Of a stretch of DNA of 64,000 nucleotides, positions 56,070-64,000 are shown piece after piece. Source of the stretch: Bacillota bacterium (GTDB taxonomy: Bacteria > Bacillota > Clostridia > Acetivibrionales > DTU013); assembly GCA_023439545.1 (NCBI GenBank), contig JAEXNT010000019.1, positions 37,313-101,312 of the forward strand. The letters run 5' to 3'. Numbering within the stretch: position 1 is the first letter of the stretch; each line of letters begins with the position of its first letter. The position numbers were made by a program, and so were the translations under genes. The notes beneath the pieces are model-generated. The model was not told the DNA's origin. It did not search any database and was given only the letters and a program-made list of their open reading frames with translations.

Positions 56070-57574
56070 AATTCCCCCGTTATACTTGCGGCCACGTCCT
56101 CATGCGAGGGAAGCAGCGCAAGCCCTACGCCGGGCTGTGTGTCGCCACCGTTAATACCGGGCTGTGTGTCGCCACCCGTAATACCGATCGGCACGTTCAT
56201 TCCGGATAAACGTTTCGAAGCGAGCGGATTTGCTGCATCCAACTGCCCCCTCACATTGGCCCAGTCTGAAAACACGGCTGTATTCCACTGCGCTTCCAGC
56301 CTCTTTACCGGCGAAGGTTCAGGAGACAGGAAGCTTAGCTGGGTATAGCCCGTATCGATCACAGGCAGGCGCTCCCTCCCCAGCAGCATGTTCGTCCTAA
56401 TAAACCCGGCGCCGGCGTCGAGCTTGTCGATATATCTGCCCTTGCAGGTTATGAAGAACCGCGCCCTTTTCAATACGGCGCCGAGCTTTTTTATATCATC
56501 GAAATCCAACTTTTGTGTCCTGCGAGCCTTTATGATCCTCTCTGCAGAGCGCACGCCTATCCCTGGAACCCTCAGCAGCTGATAATAGTCGGCCCTGTTG
56601 ACCTCGACCGGAAATTGGTCAAGATGCCTCAAGGCCCAGTCACACTTGGGATCGAGCAGCGTATCGAAATCCTTGTGAGCATCGTCGAGCAGCTCGTCGG
56701 CCTTGAAGCCGTAAAAACGAAGGAGCCAGTCCGCCTGATAGATCCTGTGTTCCCTCAGCAGCGGAGGCTTTATATCCTTCGGCAGGGCAGGATGATTGGA
56801 GACCGGAACATACGCGGAATAAAACACCCTCCTCATATGATACCGCCTGTACAACCCATCGGTCAGCTTCAGTATTCCCAGATCATGGTCAGGAGTGGCT
56901 CCGACAATAAGCTGCGTGCTCTGCCCGGCAGGGACGAAATTCGGGGCGCTCCTGAAACGCTGCCTGTCCTCCGTCGATTCGCTTATCCTTCCGCTGATGA
57001 AGCCCATCGGACCCAGTATCTCATCCTTCTTCTTCTGCGGAGCCAGCAGCTTCAGACCGTCGTTCGTCGGCAGTTCGATATTGACGCTCATGCGGTCTAC
57101 ATAACTGCCCGCTCTTTCGATCAGCGCGTTGTCCGCTCCCGGTATGGCCTTGATATGGATGTACCCGTTGAAGCGGTATTGCTCGCGCAGCAGCCTGACG
57201 GCGCGCGTGATAAGCTCCATGGTATGATCGGGGGATTTGACGACGGCCGAGCTTAAGAATAGCCCTTCTATATAATTCCTTCTATAAAAATTTATCGTAA
57301 GAGCGGCAATCTCCTCGGGAGTGAAAGCCGCGCGCGGAACGTCGTTGGACGATCTGTTGACGCAGTAGGCGCAGTCATAAATGCACTGGTTCGACATCAA
57401 TATCTTGAGAAGTGAGACACAGCGTCCGTCGCCTGTAAAGGAATGGCAAATACCGGCGGCAAAGCTGCTGCCTATACCGCCCGGCGTATTTTTGCGCGAA
57501 CTTCCGCTGGAAACGCAGGAAACATCATATTTCGCACTGTCGGCAAGGACCTTGAGCTTATCCATTAATTCCAT
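56066..57574 (-). CDS. Putative DNA modification/repair radical SAM protein (TIGR03916-like) with repeat-containing C-terminal tail
   Basis: KLKVLADSAKYDVSCVSSG, the radical-SAM cluster CIYDCAYC, and a helix-hairpin-helix region (LLRVPGIGVRSAERI). The tail is ...ITGGDTQPGINGGDTQPG.... Confidence 0.8.
   Translation of the reverse strand: MELMDKLKVLADSAKYDVSCVSSGSSRKNTPGGIGSSFAAGICHSFTGDGRCVSLLKILMSNQCIYDCAYCVNRSSNDVPRAAFTPEEIAALTINFYRRNYIEGLFLSSAVVKSPDHTMELITRAVRLLREQYRFNGYIHIKAIPGADNALIERAGSYVDRMSVNIELPTNDGLKLLAPQKKKDEILGPMGFISGRISESTEDRQRFRSAPNFVPAGQSTQLIVGATPDHDLGILKLTDGLYRRYHMRRVFYSAYVPVSNHPALPKDIKPPLLREHRIYQADWLLRFYGFKADELLDDAHKDFDTLLDPKCDWALRHLDQFPVEVNRADYYQLLRVPGIGVRSAERIIKARRTQKLDFDDIKKLGAVLKRARFFITCKGRYIDKLDAGAGFIRTNMLLGRERLPVIDTGYTQLSFLSPEPSPVKRLEAQWNTAVFSDWANVRGQLDAANPLASKRLSGMNVPIGITGGDTQPGINGGDTQPGVGLALLPSHEDVAASITGEL
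56130..56183 (-). repeat. 27-nt tandem duplication in the radical-SAM gene tail
   Basis: ccgggctgtgtgtcgccacc(g/c)(t/g)taata occurs twice, at 56130-56156 and 56157-56183. Confidence 0.9.
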
Positions 57575-57627
57575 AACATCACCCGAAAGTAGTTTGATAT
57601 CTTAATTACAGCTGTTGCTGTGATATT

Positions 57628-57667
57628 AGTTTATCATAAATCGGAGAAAATATCAAACATATGTTCG
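57628..57667 (-). promoter_or_regulatory. Promoter with overlapping LexA (Cheo/SOS) box upstream of the radical-SAM repair operon
   Basis: Gene-strand CGAACATATGTTTG (57654-57667) has one mismatch to the Firmicute consensus CGAAC-N4-GTTCG. It overlaps the -35 TTGATA (57651-57656). A 17-nt spacer leads to the -10 TAAACT (57628-57633). Confidence 0.65.
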
Positions 57668-57776
57668 GTATACATGTGACATTATCTTGTGGGATTGTAC
57701 GGCACAGCGGCAGGCCAGGCGGCAATTTAACCGCTCAAGGAAGTGATTTGAGCTCTCAAGGAAGCGATTTGAACGC

Positions 57777-58250
57777 TCAGGGCAGATCCTTTCTTTTTAG
57801 ACGCTCGCAGCGCCTGTTGGCGGCAGCCTCATTCTCGGCCTTATCCTCTTCCGTCTCAAGCCTAAGTCCGCATACCTCCACAGGTTTCGCCGCCGCGTCC
57901 ACGGCCACGAAGGTCAGATACGCCTTATTGGTGAATTTCCGCTCGCCCATCAGATTCTCGGAGAATACTTCCACTGCAACCTCCATAGACGTCCTGCCGA
58001 CCCAGGTGACCCGCGCCTTCAGTATCACTATTTCGCCCTGTTTTACGGGGTGCTTGAACTCCACGCTGTCTATCGAAGCGGTGACGACGATCCTGTTGCA
58101 ATGCCTCTGGGCCGCCATCGCGCCCGCTATGTCTATCAGATGCATGAGCCTTCCGCCGAGCAGGTTGCCGAGAAGATTCGTATCGTTCGGCAAAACCAGT
58201 TCGGTCATCTCGACCATCGATTCATGGGGTGTCTTCAGTTCCATATGCAA
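57777..58250 (-). CDS. Acyl-CoA thioesterase (hotdog fold)
   Basis: ELVLPNDTNLLGNLLGGRLMHLIDIAGAMAAQRH matches the YciA/Acot-type pattern. Confidence 0.85.
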   Translation of the reverse strand: MHMELKTPHESMVEMTELVLPNDTNLLGNLLGGRLMHLIDIAGAMAAQRHCNRIVVTASIDSVEFKHPVKQGEIVILKARVTWVGRTSMEVAVEVFSENLMGERKFTNKAYLTFVAVDAAAKPVEVCGLRLETEEDKAENEAAANRRCERLKRKDLP

Positions 58251-58427
58251 TACCTCTTTCCACAGGCTTTCTGTCTATTATATACCCAGTTCTTTCAGAT
58301 GTATTGTAGCTTCGCGTTATTTTTGTCAAAACTTCTCATTATTATTGTCAATATTATTTCCATTTACAGCATAGCTGCATGCCGGAATAAATTAAAAATA
58401 TAGAGTTTGAGGATAGGTCCAAAAAAC

Positions 58428-58470
58428 AAAGGCGCTTAAAAACCAATCCATTAGCTTTTAAACGCCTTTT
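58428..58470 (-). terminator. Strong bidirectional terminator at the end of the phage lysis cassette
   Basis: AAAGGCGCTTAAAA-N14-TTTTAAACGCCTTT, with T-runs on both strands. Confidence 0.75.
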
Positions 58471-58474
58471 TTGA

Positions 58475-58948
58475 TTACTTGGACAATTTTACATAATACT
58501 CTATTTTGTTTTCCAGCCAGGAGTCCAAGTCTCCGTATATATTTTTGACAATTTCCTGCGCTTTCGTTCCCATTATGGCTAACGCCTTGTGCTTGGCTAA
58601 ATTTAATGCGGATGCCATGGCGTCCTTGTCAAATGCCTCAGCCTTTTTCATTTCATCGACATAGGTTTGTGCTACGGCTGCTACGGCAGTGCATACTGCA
58701 TCTTTTGCAATATCTATATATTTGTTTTGCTTTATATCGGCCATTTTTGCTTTGACGAGCGCTATAATAAATGCCGAAAGTGTTGGTATAAGCGGGATTA
58801 AAAGCGTATTTACGATTATTCCCGCAACATCGTTCCGCATCGTATTCGGATCGATTTCCGCGGAAGATGCAAATACCTTCATCGGGGTGATCAGCATAGC
58901 CGTTTCGATGAATAGAGAAATAAGTAATAGTTTTTTTGTTTTGTTCAT
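58475..58948 (-). CDS. Phage holin, LL-H family-like (with extra N-terminal hydrophobic segment)
   Basis: TM helix (IIVNTLLIPLIPTLSAFIIALV), then IDIAKDAVCTAVAAVAQTYVDEMKK...LDSWLENKIEYYV, the pattern typical of LL-H holins. The ORF is open to 58990. Confidence 0.55.
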   Translation of the reverse strand: MNKTKKLLLISLFIETAMLITPMKVFASSAEIDPNTMRNDVAGIIVNTLLIPLIPTLSAFIIALVKAKMADIKQNKYIDIAKDAVCTAVAAVAQTYVDEMKKAEAFDKDAMASALNLAKHKALAIMGTKAQEIVKNIYGDLDSWLENKIEYYVKLSK

Positions 58949-59027
58949 TTCATACCCTTTCTTCCCCCTGAACATGGGAACACAGGCCAATTCGTACTAT
59001 GAATTGACCTTGACGCATATCGCCATT

Positions 59028-59849
59028 TTACTGCCTTTGCAAACCTTTGGCGTTTAAAAACGCCTGTGTTAAATATCCAAGGTCTGCAGGTCTCTTTCCG
59101 TTTAGAACGTCGAGCCAATATATCCTGTCACTTATCAGACCGGCCCTCAACGCTTCGTTTACGGCTGTCTCCCGGATAGTCTCATGTACCTCCGGCTCGT
59201 AAACCAAGCCATAATACTCGCAAATGCCCATAAGAGCCTGAGTCGCCGTCTCCCTCTGAAAAGCGGCGTCTACCATTAGCGCGGCTTCCCTGGGATCGTC
59301 CATAAAGCCGGCTTCATTAAGCACCGCCGGCATGGACGTTTCACGCACCATATGGAGGTTGTCCTCAATTATGCCCCGATCTTTCTGCTTTGTACCCATG
59401 CTGATATATTTATGTATCGCAGCGGCCAGCTTTCGCCCCTCGACACTGCCGGGAAAATAATAAGTGCCCGCGCCCTCGGCATTACTGCCGTCCCAGGTAG
59501 ATGCCATGGCGTTATAGTGCTGGCTGTATAGTACTGCTGTCTTTTTCGGGTCTGCCGGTTTTACGCCCTGGACCTGCAATTGCTTTGCATAAGCCGACCA
59601 GGCGGCATTTGCACGGTCTGTCCTGGTCTTCAACGGCGTGTCGGTATCCTCGGGCGCTGTACGCATGGTTTTAAAGCCCAGTCGCTGCGCGTCCTTCTCC
59701 ATAAGGTCAATAACTGCTTTGTTCCATGTGTTTTCCCGAATAACCTTTCCATCCGGGAAAGCCGGTGTTCGCTTGCCCGGCGTTTCTGCTCCGTGGCCGT
59801 CATCCAGGCATAGGAGCGGCGCATAGCCTAACTTTGAAAAATCCAGCAT
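59028..59849 (-). CDS. N-acetylmuramoyl-L-alanine amidase (Amidase_3) endolysin
   Basis: LCLDDGHGAETPGKRTP, SQHYNA and LNEAGFMD motifs. GGAGGGG lies 7 nt before ATG. Confidence 0.85.
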   Translation of the reverse strand: MLDFSKLGYAPLLCLDDGHGAETPGKRTPAFPDGKVIRENTWNKAVIDLMEKDAQRLGFKTMRTAPEDTDTPLKTRTDRANAAWSAYAKQLQVQGVKPADPKKTAVLYSQHYNAMASTWDGSNAEGAGTYYFPGSVEGRKLAAAIHKYISMGTKQKDRGIIEDNLHMVRETSMPAVLNEAGFMDDPREAALMVDAAFQRETATQALMGICEYYGLVYEPEVHETIRETAVNEALRAGLISDRIYWLDVLNGKRPADLGYLTQAFLNAKGLQRQ

Positions 59850-60031
59850 TGCGAAACCCCTCCAGATTAATAAGAATCGAGTAAAGCCCCATAAGGAACA
59901 TCTTATGGGACTTTACTTGTTGTTTATTGTATATAAGCCTATTACACTTTGTTTAGCAATGCTGTTGCACACACTTTAAGAATCTGTAACATGTTAACTT
60001 TCATACGATCAACTCCACAATCGGATTAGCA

Positions 60032-60166
60032 TTACTTTATTAAGTCTTGCTTACCATAGCCGGTCAGATATTTGTCAATATCTTCTTTAACCTGTGGGTA
60101 TTTAGCAATGATATCTGCATACGTCAATGCTCCCACGATAATTCTTTTAGCTAACCATTCACCCAT
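60032..60166 (-). CDS. 44-aa phage small protein (XkdX-like position), paralogue of 63117-63251; not in ORF track
   Basis: GGAGG precedes ATG. The sequence MGEWLAKRIIVGALTYADIIAKYPQVKEDIDKYLTGYGKQDLIK aligns without gaps to the second copy. Confidence 0.6.
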   Translation of the reverse strand: MGEWLAKRIIVGALTYADIIAKYPQVKEDIDKYLTGYGKQDLIK

Positions 60167-60180
60167 AATCTTTATCCTCC

Positions 60181-60528
60181 TTATGCTTTCGGCATATTCA
60201 TAGCTATATAGTCAAGTGCTTGATTGGTTAATTCTAAATCAGCCTTTAGCTGTTCATTCTCAGCCTGTAATTTTGCAATAACATCTTCAGGTCTCGGGGA
60301 AACCTCACTCTCCACTAAAGCAGTGAAATCAGCATATTCAGCATCATCGATAAGAGTAATGTCCTCATGAGCAGGTATATCATCCTGCCTTGTAACAATT
60401 GCACATTCATTTGCACCATTATAGAGCCGATATATCTGTTTTCCTGCTACAAAGTGATTTATGTCTAGCCCCTTATAGTCGCACTGACCACCCATGTCAA
60501 CCAAATTATTAATCTTTACAATCTTCAT
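60181..60528 (-). CDS. Phage hypothetical protein downstream of tail fibre
   Basis: 115-aa ORF with a C-terminal coiled coil (IAKLQAENEQLKADLELTNQAL). It is tightly packed after the tail-fibre gene. Confidence 0.6.
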   Translation of the reverse strand: MKIVKINNLVDMGGQCDYKGLDINHFVAGKQIYRLYNGANECAIVTRQDDIPAHEDITLIDDAEYADFTALVESEVSPRPEDVIAKLQAENEQLKADLELTNQALDYIAMNMPKA

Positions 60529-60541
60529 ACTGTTACCTCCT

Positions 60542-63028
60542 CTATACTTCTACAAAATATTCATTTATTTCATTAGTTATAGGTAAAGTTCTAAATGACG
60601 TCTCTCCCCAAACCCACAAGCTAGTACCGCTACCAATATACGGATAGCCTTGTGCATTGCATTTCTGTGCATAATCACTACCATTACGATACCATATTGA
60701 ACTAGTTACATAATCAGTAAGATAGGCAATCAGGGTTCCTGACCAATTTCTCAATCCTATCTTATAAGCGGACTCATTAAATCTAGTAGTAAGAAATCCC
60801 CCAGGGTATCCAAAACCGATTACGTCTAGCATTTCATGTAAATAAGCTGTTTGTTGTTCAAAATGATTTAGTACTGTTATTGCTTCATTGTAACGGTATA
60901 TATGTTGAGTACCACTTGCCGTATTATCATAAGTAAAGGCTGTAATACCATTTACACTGTCAGTAAAACCACAAGAAACATGACCAGTGTAAGAACCACC
61001 TCCCCATTGGTATGACCATAATAAAGTTCCCTCATAGTTATATCTATGACGAACATTATCATTAAACGAACAATACACCATACGAGTATCTGGATTAATA
61101 CTGTCGATATTATCTCCATCAAAAGAACCAGTTGGAACCTGTGAATATGAATATGTTCCTGTCACTCCGCCTACAATTTCTCCAGCCTTAATAACAGGAG
61201 CCAAACCCGCCGCCAACTGCGCGGTTATTGTACCGCCCGGTGTATACCCCGCTGGTATTACTTTTGTTGGCTTTGCTGACCCACTTATTTCAACAGTAGC
61301 CGTCTGGCTTCCGTTTACAGGCATACTGCCAGCCTTTGCTCTACCTACCGCGTCACTGCTGAATGTATAATCTGATCGTACCGCAGACTGAGGAGCATTG
61401 CCGCCCAAGGTATCTATTATCTGGTTGCCTGCCAGATATTGGCCCGCCGCTATTGATTGCTGCGTCGTGCTTGGTGTTATCGTAGTTGCGGCTTTTGATG
61501 GTATCCCGCCTTCCACAAGCACACCCTTTACCCAAGCTGAAACACCTTGCAACATTGTTGCTGCCGTAGCCGTCGCGTCATTCGTAAATGTTCCGGCTAT
61601 TCCCCCTACCGTTACGCCTGCCTTTATAACGTTGGCTACCAAGCCGGTTATTACAGCTTTTATTTTACGCAGTCCGCTGTGGAAGCCGGCAGCTATGGCA
61701 TACTCCTGGTTCTGTGACGTAAGATTCACAGTTCCGGCAACAGCAGGCCCATTGTTAGCCATCGTTCCCTGTTTACCGGCAATATTGGTATCTTCGAGAA
61801 CTTTTGCGGCATCAAATGTAACAGGGTTAATAGTCTGGTCCCCTTCCAGATATTGACCAGCTTCTATGACCTGAGTTGCCTGTGAAGGATTATAAGCCGC
61901 TGCCGCCTTACTCGGTATGCTGCCTGTTACAAGCACACCCTTTACCCAAGCTGTAACGCCTTGCAGCATCGTTGCCGCAGTAGCAGTCGCGTCATTCGTA
62001 AAGGTTCCGGCTATTCCACCCACTGTAACGCCTGCTTTTATGACGTCGGCCGCCAAGCCGGTTATTACAGCCCTAATTTTGCGTAGCCCGCTATGGAAGC
62101 CTGCGACTATCATATACTCCTGGTCCTGTGCGGTAAGGTCCACAGTCTCGGCAACAGCAGGCCCGTTGTCAGTCATTGTTCCCTGTTTACCGGCAATATT
62201 GGTATCTTCGAGGACCTTTGCGGCATCGAATGTAACAGTGTTAATCGTCTGGTCCCCTTCCAGATATTGACCGGCTCCAATGACCTGAGTTGCCTGTGAT
62301 GGATAATAATCCGCTGCAGCCTTGCTCGGTATGCTGCCCGTTACAAGCACACCCTTTACCCATGCTGTAACGCCCTGTAACATAGTTGCCGCAGTAGCAG
62401 TCGCGTCATTCGTAAAGGTTCCGGCTATTCCACCCACTGTAACGCCTGCTTTTATAACGTCGGCCGCCAAGCCCGTTATTACAGCTTTGATTTTCCGCAG
62501 TCCGCTGTGGAAACCTGCGGCTATGGTATACTCCTGGTCCTGTTCCGTAAGATTCATAGTCTCAGGGACAGCTGGCCCATTGCTGGGCATCGCTCCCTGC
62601 AAGCCAGTGTCATTATCGTTGCTGAATGTCATGCCAGCTAGTACATTTTCAGCAACGGCTGTACCTTCAGCACTAGCTTTTATAAAAAAACATGATTCAG
62701 CTGCATCGTACCAAACAGTGTACGCTTTCCCGGCGATCAGATTTGGCGCAGCAGTAGTATTCGGCTTATATAGAGGCTTTTCGCCCAAACCGTTAATATT
62801 TATGGAAGTAGCTGCTCCGTCATTTGCCTCTCCGGCGATGAATGTAAGCATATATTGGTCAATATATGCGGTAACTGATGGCAGGGCAAGGCTGATTGCG
62901 TTGCCCAATCCTTCTGCCGTTTTTATTATAGCTAAATCGCCAACTACTTTATCAATGAGATCCATATTGTCATTGATAACGGCAATATCGGGTTTAATTA
63001 ATCCAAAAATTTCAGTGCTATTTGACAT
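60542..63028 (-). CDS. Phage tail fibre protein with three 138-aa tandem repeats
   Basis: The N-terminus (ININGLGEKPLYKPNTTAAPNLIAGKAYTVWYD) is like Firmicute prophage fibre proteins. It has internal near-identical repeats and a distinct C-terminal tip domain. AAGGAG lies 9 nt before the ATG at 63026-63028. Confidence 0.8.
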   Translation of the reverse strand: MSNSTEIFGLIKPDIAVINDNMDLIDKVVGDLAIIKTAEGLGNAISLALPSVTAYIDQYMLTFIAGEANDGAATSININGLGEKPLYKPNTTAAPNLIAGKAYTVWYDAAESCFFIKASAEGTAVAENVLAGMTFSNDNDTGLQGAMPSNGPAVPETMNLTEQDQEYTIAAGFHSGLRKIKAVITGLAADVIKAGVTVGGIAGTFTNDATATAATMLQGVTAWVKGVLVTGSIPSKAAADYYPSQATQVIGAGQYLEGDQTINTVTFDAAKVLEDTNIAGKQGTMTDNGPAVAETVDLTAQDQEYMIVAGFHSGLRKIRAVITGLAADVIKAGVTVGGIAGTFTNDATATAATMLQGVTAWVKGVLVTGSIPSKAAAAYNPSQATQVIEAGQYLEGDQTINPVTFDAAKVLEDTNIAGKQGTMANNGPAVAGTVNLTSQNQEYAIAAGFHSGLRKIKAVITGLVANVIKAGVTVGGIAGTFTNDATATAATMLQGVSAWVKGVLVEGGIPSKAATTITPSTTQQSIAAGQYLAGNQIIDTLGGNAPQSAVRSDYTFSSDAVGRAKAGSMPVNGSQTATVEISGSAKPTKVIPAGYTPGGTITAQLAAGLAPVIKAGEIVGGVTGTYSYSQVPTGSFDGDNIDSINPDTRMVYCSFNDNVRHRYNYEGTLLWSYQWGGGSYTGHVSCGFTDSVNGITAFTYDNTASGTQHIYRYNEAITVLNHFEQQTAYLHEMLDVIGFGYPGGFLTTRFNESAYKIGLRNWSGTLIAYLTDYVTSSIWYRNGSDYAQKCNAQGYPYIGSGTSLWVWGETSFRTLPITNEINEYFVEV
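61417..62656 (-). repeat. 414-bp tandem repeat, about 3 copies, inside the tail-fibre gene
   Basis: The protein unit NGPAV..EYxIAAGFHSGLRKIKAVITGLAADVIKAGVTVGGIAGTFTNDATATAATMLQGV.AWVKGVLV.G.IPSKAA... recurs with a 138-aa period. Repeated antisense shadow ORFs (61398, 61917, 62322) mirror it. Confidence 0.9.
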
Positions 63029-63116
63029 TATGATCAACTCCTTTTTTAATAATCTGTATGGCGGCGGTCGTACTTTTTACTGAATTATCCCGTAGACCCC
63101 CGTAAGCAGCTTGACA

Positions 63117-63251
63117 TTACTTTGTTAAGTCCTCTTTACCTTTCTTGGTAAGGAAGGCGTTGATGCCATCTTTGAGTTCAGGTCTTTTAGCAGTTGCTGT
63201 TGTATAATTGACCTGTCCAAGAATTATCTGGTTTGCGATATATTCAGCCAT
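63117..63251 (-). CDS. 44-aa phage small protein, paralogue of 60032-60166; not in ORF track
   Basis: MAEYIANQIILGQVNYTTATAKRPELKDGINAFLTKKGKEDLTK. It starts 1 nt after the upstream ORF's stop. Confidence 0.6.
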   Translation of the reverse strand: MAEYIANQIILGQVNYTTATAKRPELKDGINAFLTKKGKEDLTK

Positions 63252-63252
63252 A

Positions 63253-63549
63253 TTAGCTCACCCCCAACATTTCATTCATTGCCTGTTCAAGTAGAGCAAT
63301 TCTCTCAGCAAGAGGGTCTACTGGAACTTCTATGTTTAAATATTCAAACTCGACCTCATGCGTCTGCAAATCTATATACCATACAGGATATTTGCCCTCT
63401 ATCGGGGCGGGGTGTGCCGGTTCCTCGTCCAGCAGGATCGCCTGTGCCTTCTCTTCCTCAGTAAGCTCATCGAAGATAGGTTCATATATCATCCTATCAA
63501 TTTTGCCCCTTGTCTCATTAACTGGGGTATGGAATACATACACTTTCAT
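63253..63549 (-). CDS. Phage hypothetical protein
   Basis: 98-aa ORF between a fibre-like gene and the 44-aa ORF. Its position is analogous to that of 60181-60528. Confidence 0.55.
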   Translation of the reverse strand: MKVYVFHTPVNETRGKIDRMIYEPIFDELTEEEKAQAILLDEEPAHPAPIEGKYPVWYIDLQTHEVEFEYLNIEVPVDPLAERIALLEQAMNEMLGVS

Positions 63550-63562
63550 ACAATCGTCCTCC

Positions 63563-64000
63563 TTATGCTATTATTTGATATTGCAATGCTCGTTGGTATT
63601 TACAGAAACCAGTATTAGGGTCTGTGAGGTATATATAGTTACTTCCATCAGAAATAACATCACCACCCAAAGGTTGTTTTATTGATGCAACAACCGACAA
63701 AGTAAGCCTATCCCTAACCTCAAGCATATTGTTCATGCCATATGTGTACAGATACTTATCATCGTGACCGTTAATAGTGAGTACACGATTGGCTACTGAA
63801 GCAAGTAATGAACCGTCTGTTTTGCTTCGCCTTTCCAATAATGCTGAAGTAGCATTGTATACATATAAATCTGGGGCTTCTGCGTAAAAGGCTTGAATAG
63901 TTGCACTAGCATCTATACCAGACCATGCTTTAGTAGCCAAAGTGTTGTTGTACCTACATATTCCAAATGTGCTGGTAGAGAACGCAACGTATACATCCCC
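63563..64000 (-). CDS. Phage structural (fibre/receptor-binding-like) protein, N-terminus outside window
   Basis: The reading frame is open from 63563 to the window edge. The track's start at 63940 is an internal TTG. The sequence is beta-rich (NYIYLTDPNTGF, DKYLYTYG). Confidence 0.55.
   Translation of the reverse strand, partial: GDVYVAFSTSTFGICRYNNTLATKAWSGIDASATIQAFYAEAPDLYVYNATSALLERRSKTDGSLLASVANRVLTINGHDDKYLYTYGMNNMLEVRDRLTLSVVASIKQPLGGDVISDGSNYIYLTDPNTGFCKYQRALQYQIIA

Larger units (their letters stand above)
58428..64000 (-). mobile_element. Prophage (tail-fibre and lysis end); continues beyond the window
   Basis: A contiguous minus-strand block of tail-fibre-like genes, small phage ORFs, an Amidase_3 endolysin and an LL-H-type holin. 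GC is lower than in neighbouring chromosomal genes. The left limit is inferred from the terminator, and no att site was identifiable. Confidence 0.8.

Noticed and set aside
59942-60004. 20-aa ORF (MKVNMLQILKVCATALLNKV) between the 44-aa ORF and the endolysin, as a possible holin
   Set aside because: It is too short for a holin and has no charged C-terminus. It rests only on a weak GGAG. There is not enough evidence to call it a gene.
61417-62656. Possible diversity-generating retroelement (template/variable repeat) in the tail fibre
   Set aside because: The differences between copies involve all base types rather than adenine-specific changes. The repeats are 414 bp and in tandem within one ORF. 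No reverse transcriptase gene is in the window.

Overview
This 64-kb chromosomal window comes from a spore-forming member of the Clostridia. GC is about 50% by eye, not computed. Supporting signs are spoVB, hsp20 with CtsR boxes, Firmicute-type tRNAs and GGAGG ribosome-binding sites. Bases 1-21,457 are one unbroken minus-strand run of mostly core genes. They are mazEF-alr-nnr, a surface-glycopolymer cluster (pyruvyl transferase, FrhB-like Fe-S protein, Wzx flippase, Wzy/O-antigen-ligase-like protein, DUF4330, GT4), hsp20, spoVB, mrfB-mrfA, dusB, a PilZ protein and a leaderless two-domain multicopper oxidase. Bases 21.5-41 kb are an accessory-looking patchwork. It holds MerR plus an aldo/keto reductase, an MBL-fold hydrolase, an AT-rich TPR gene beside tRNA-Arg, TetR plus a flavoprotein with operators, manA, and a degenerate GGDEF protein. 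It also holds a GGGtGRT/NifU-like pair, a cytoplasmic GH9, two GNATs, a subclass B1 metallo-beta-lactamase lipoprotein and glgB. Bases 41-58 kb carry an orphan sugar-binding lipoprotein with a YesM-like kinase and an HTH-less YesN-like regulator. They also carry a kinase/NfeD/FloA/unknown/LytTR-regulator block, a serine hydrolase, tRNA-Met and tRNA-Glu, a NUDIX-GNAT fusion, corA, a radical-SAM/TIGR03915 DNA-repair pair behind an SOS box, and a thioesterase. From about 58.4 kb to the window end is the tail-fibre and lysis end of a prophage. I saw no rRNA, CRISPR array, transposase or integrase. The best candidates for undescribed biology are the flotillin operon embedded in a two-component system with a candidate LytTR site, the multicopper oxidase paired with a Met-rich (PGMGQ)n protein, the SOS-boxed radical-SAM repair pair, and two structured repeat arrays inside the glycopolymer cluster. 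All family calls rest on motif recognition by eye; no database search was run.
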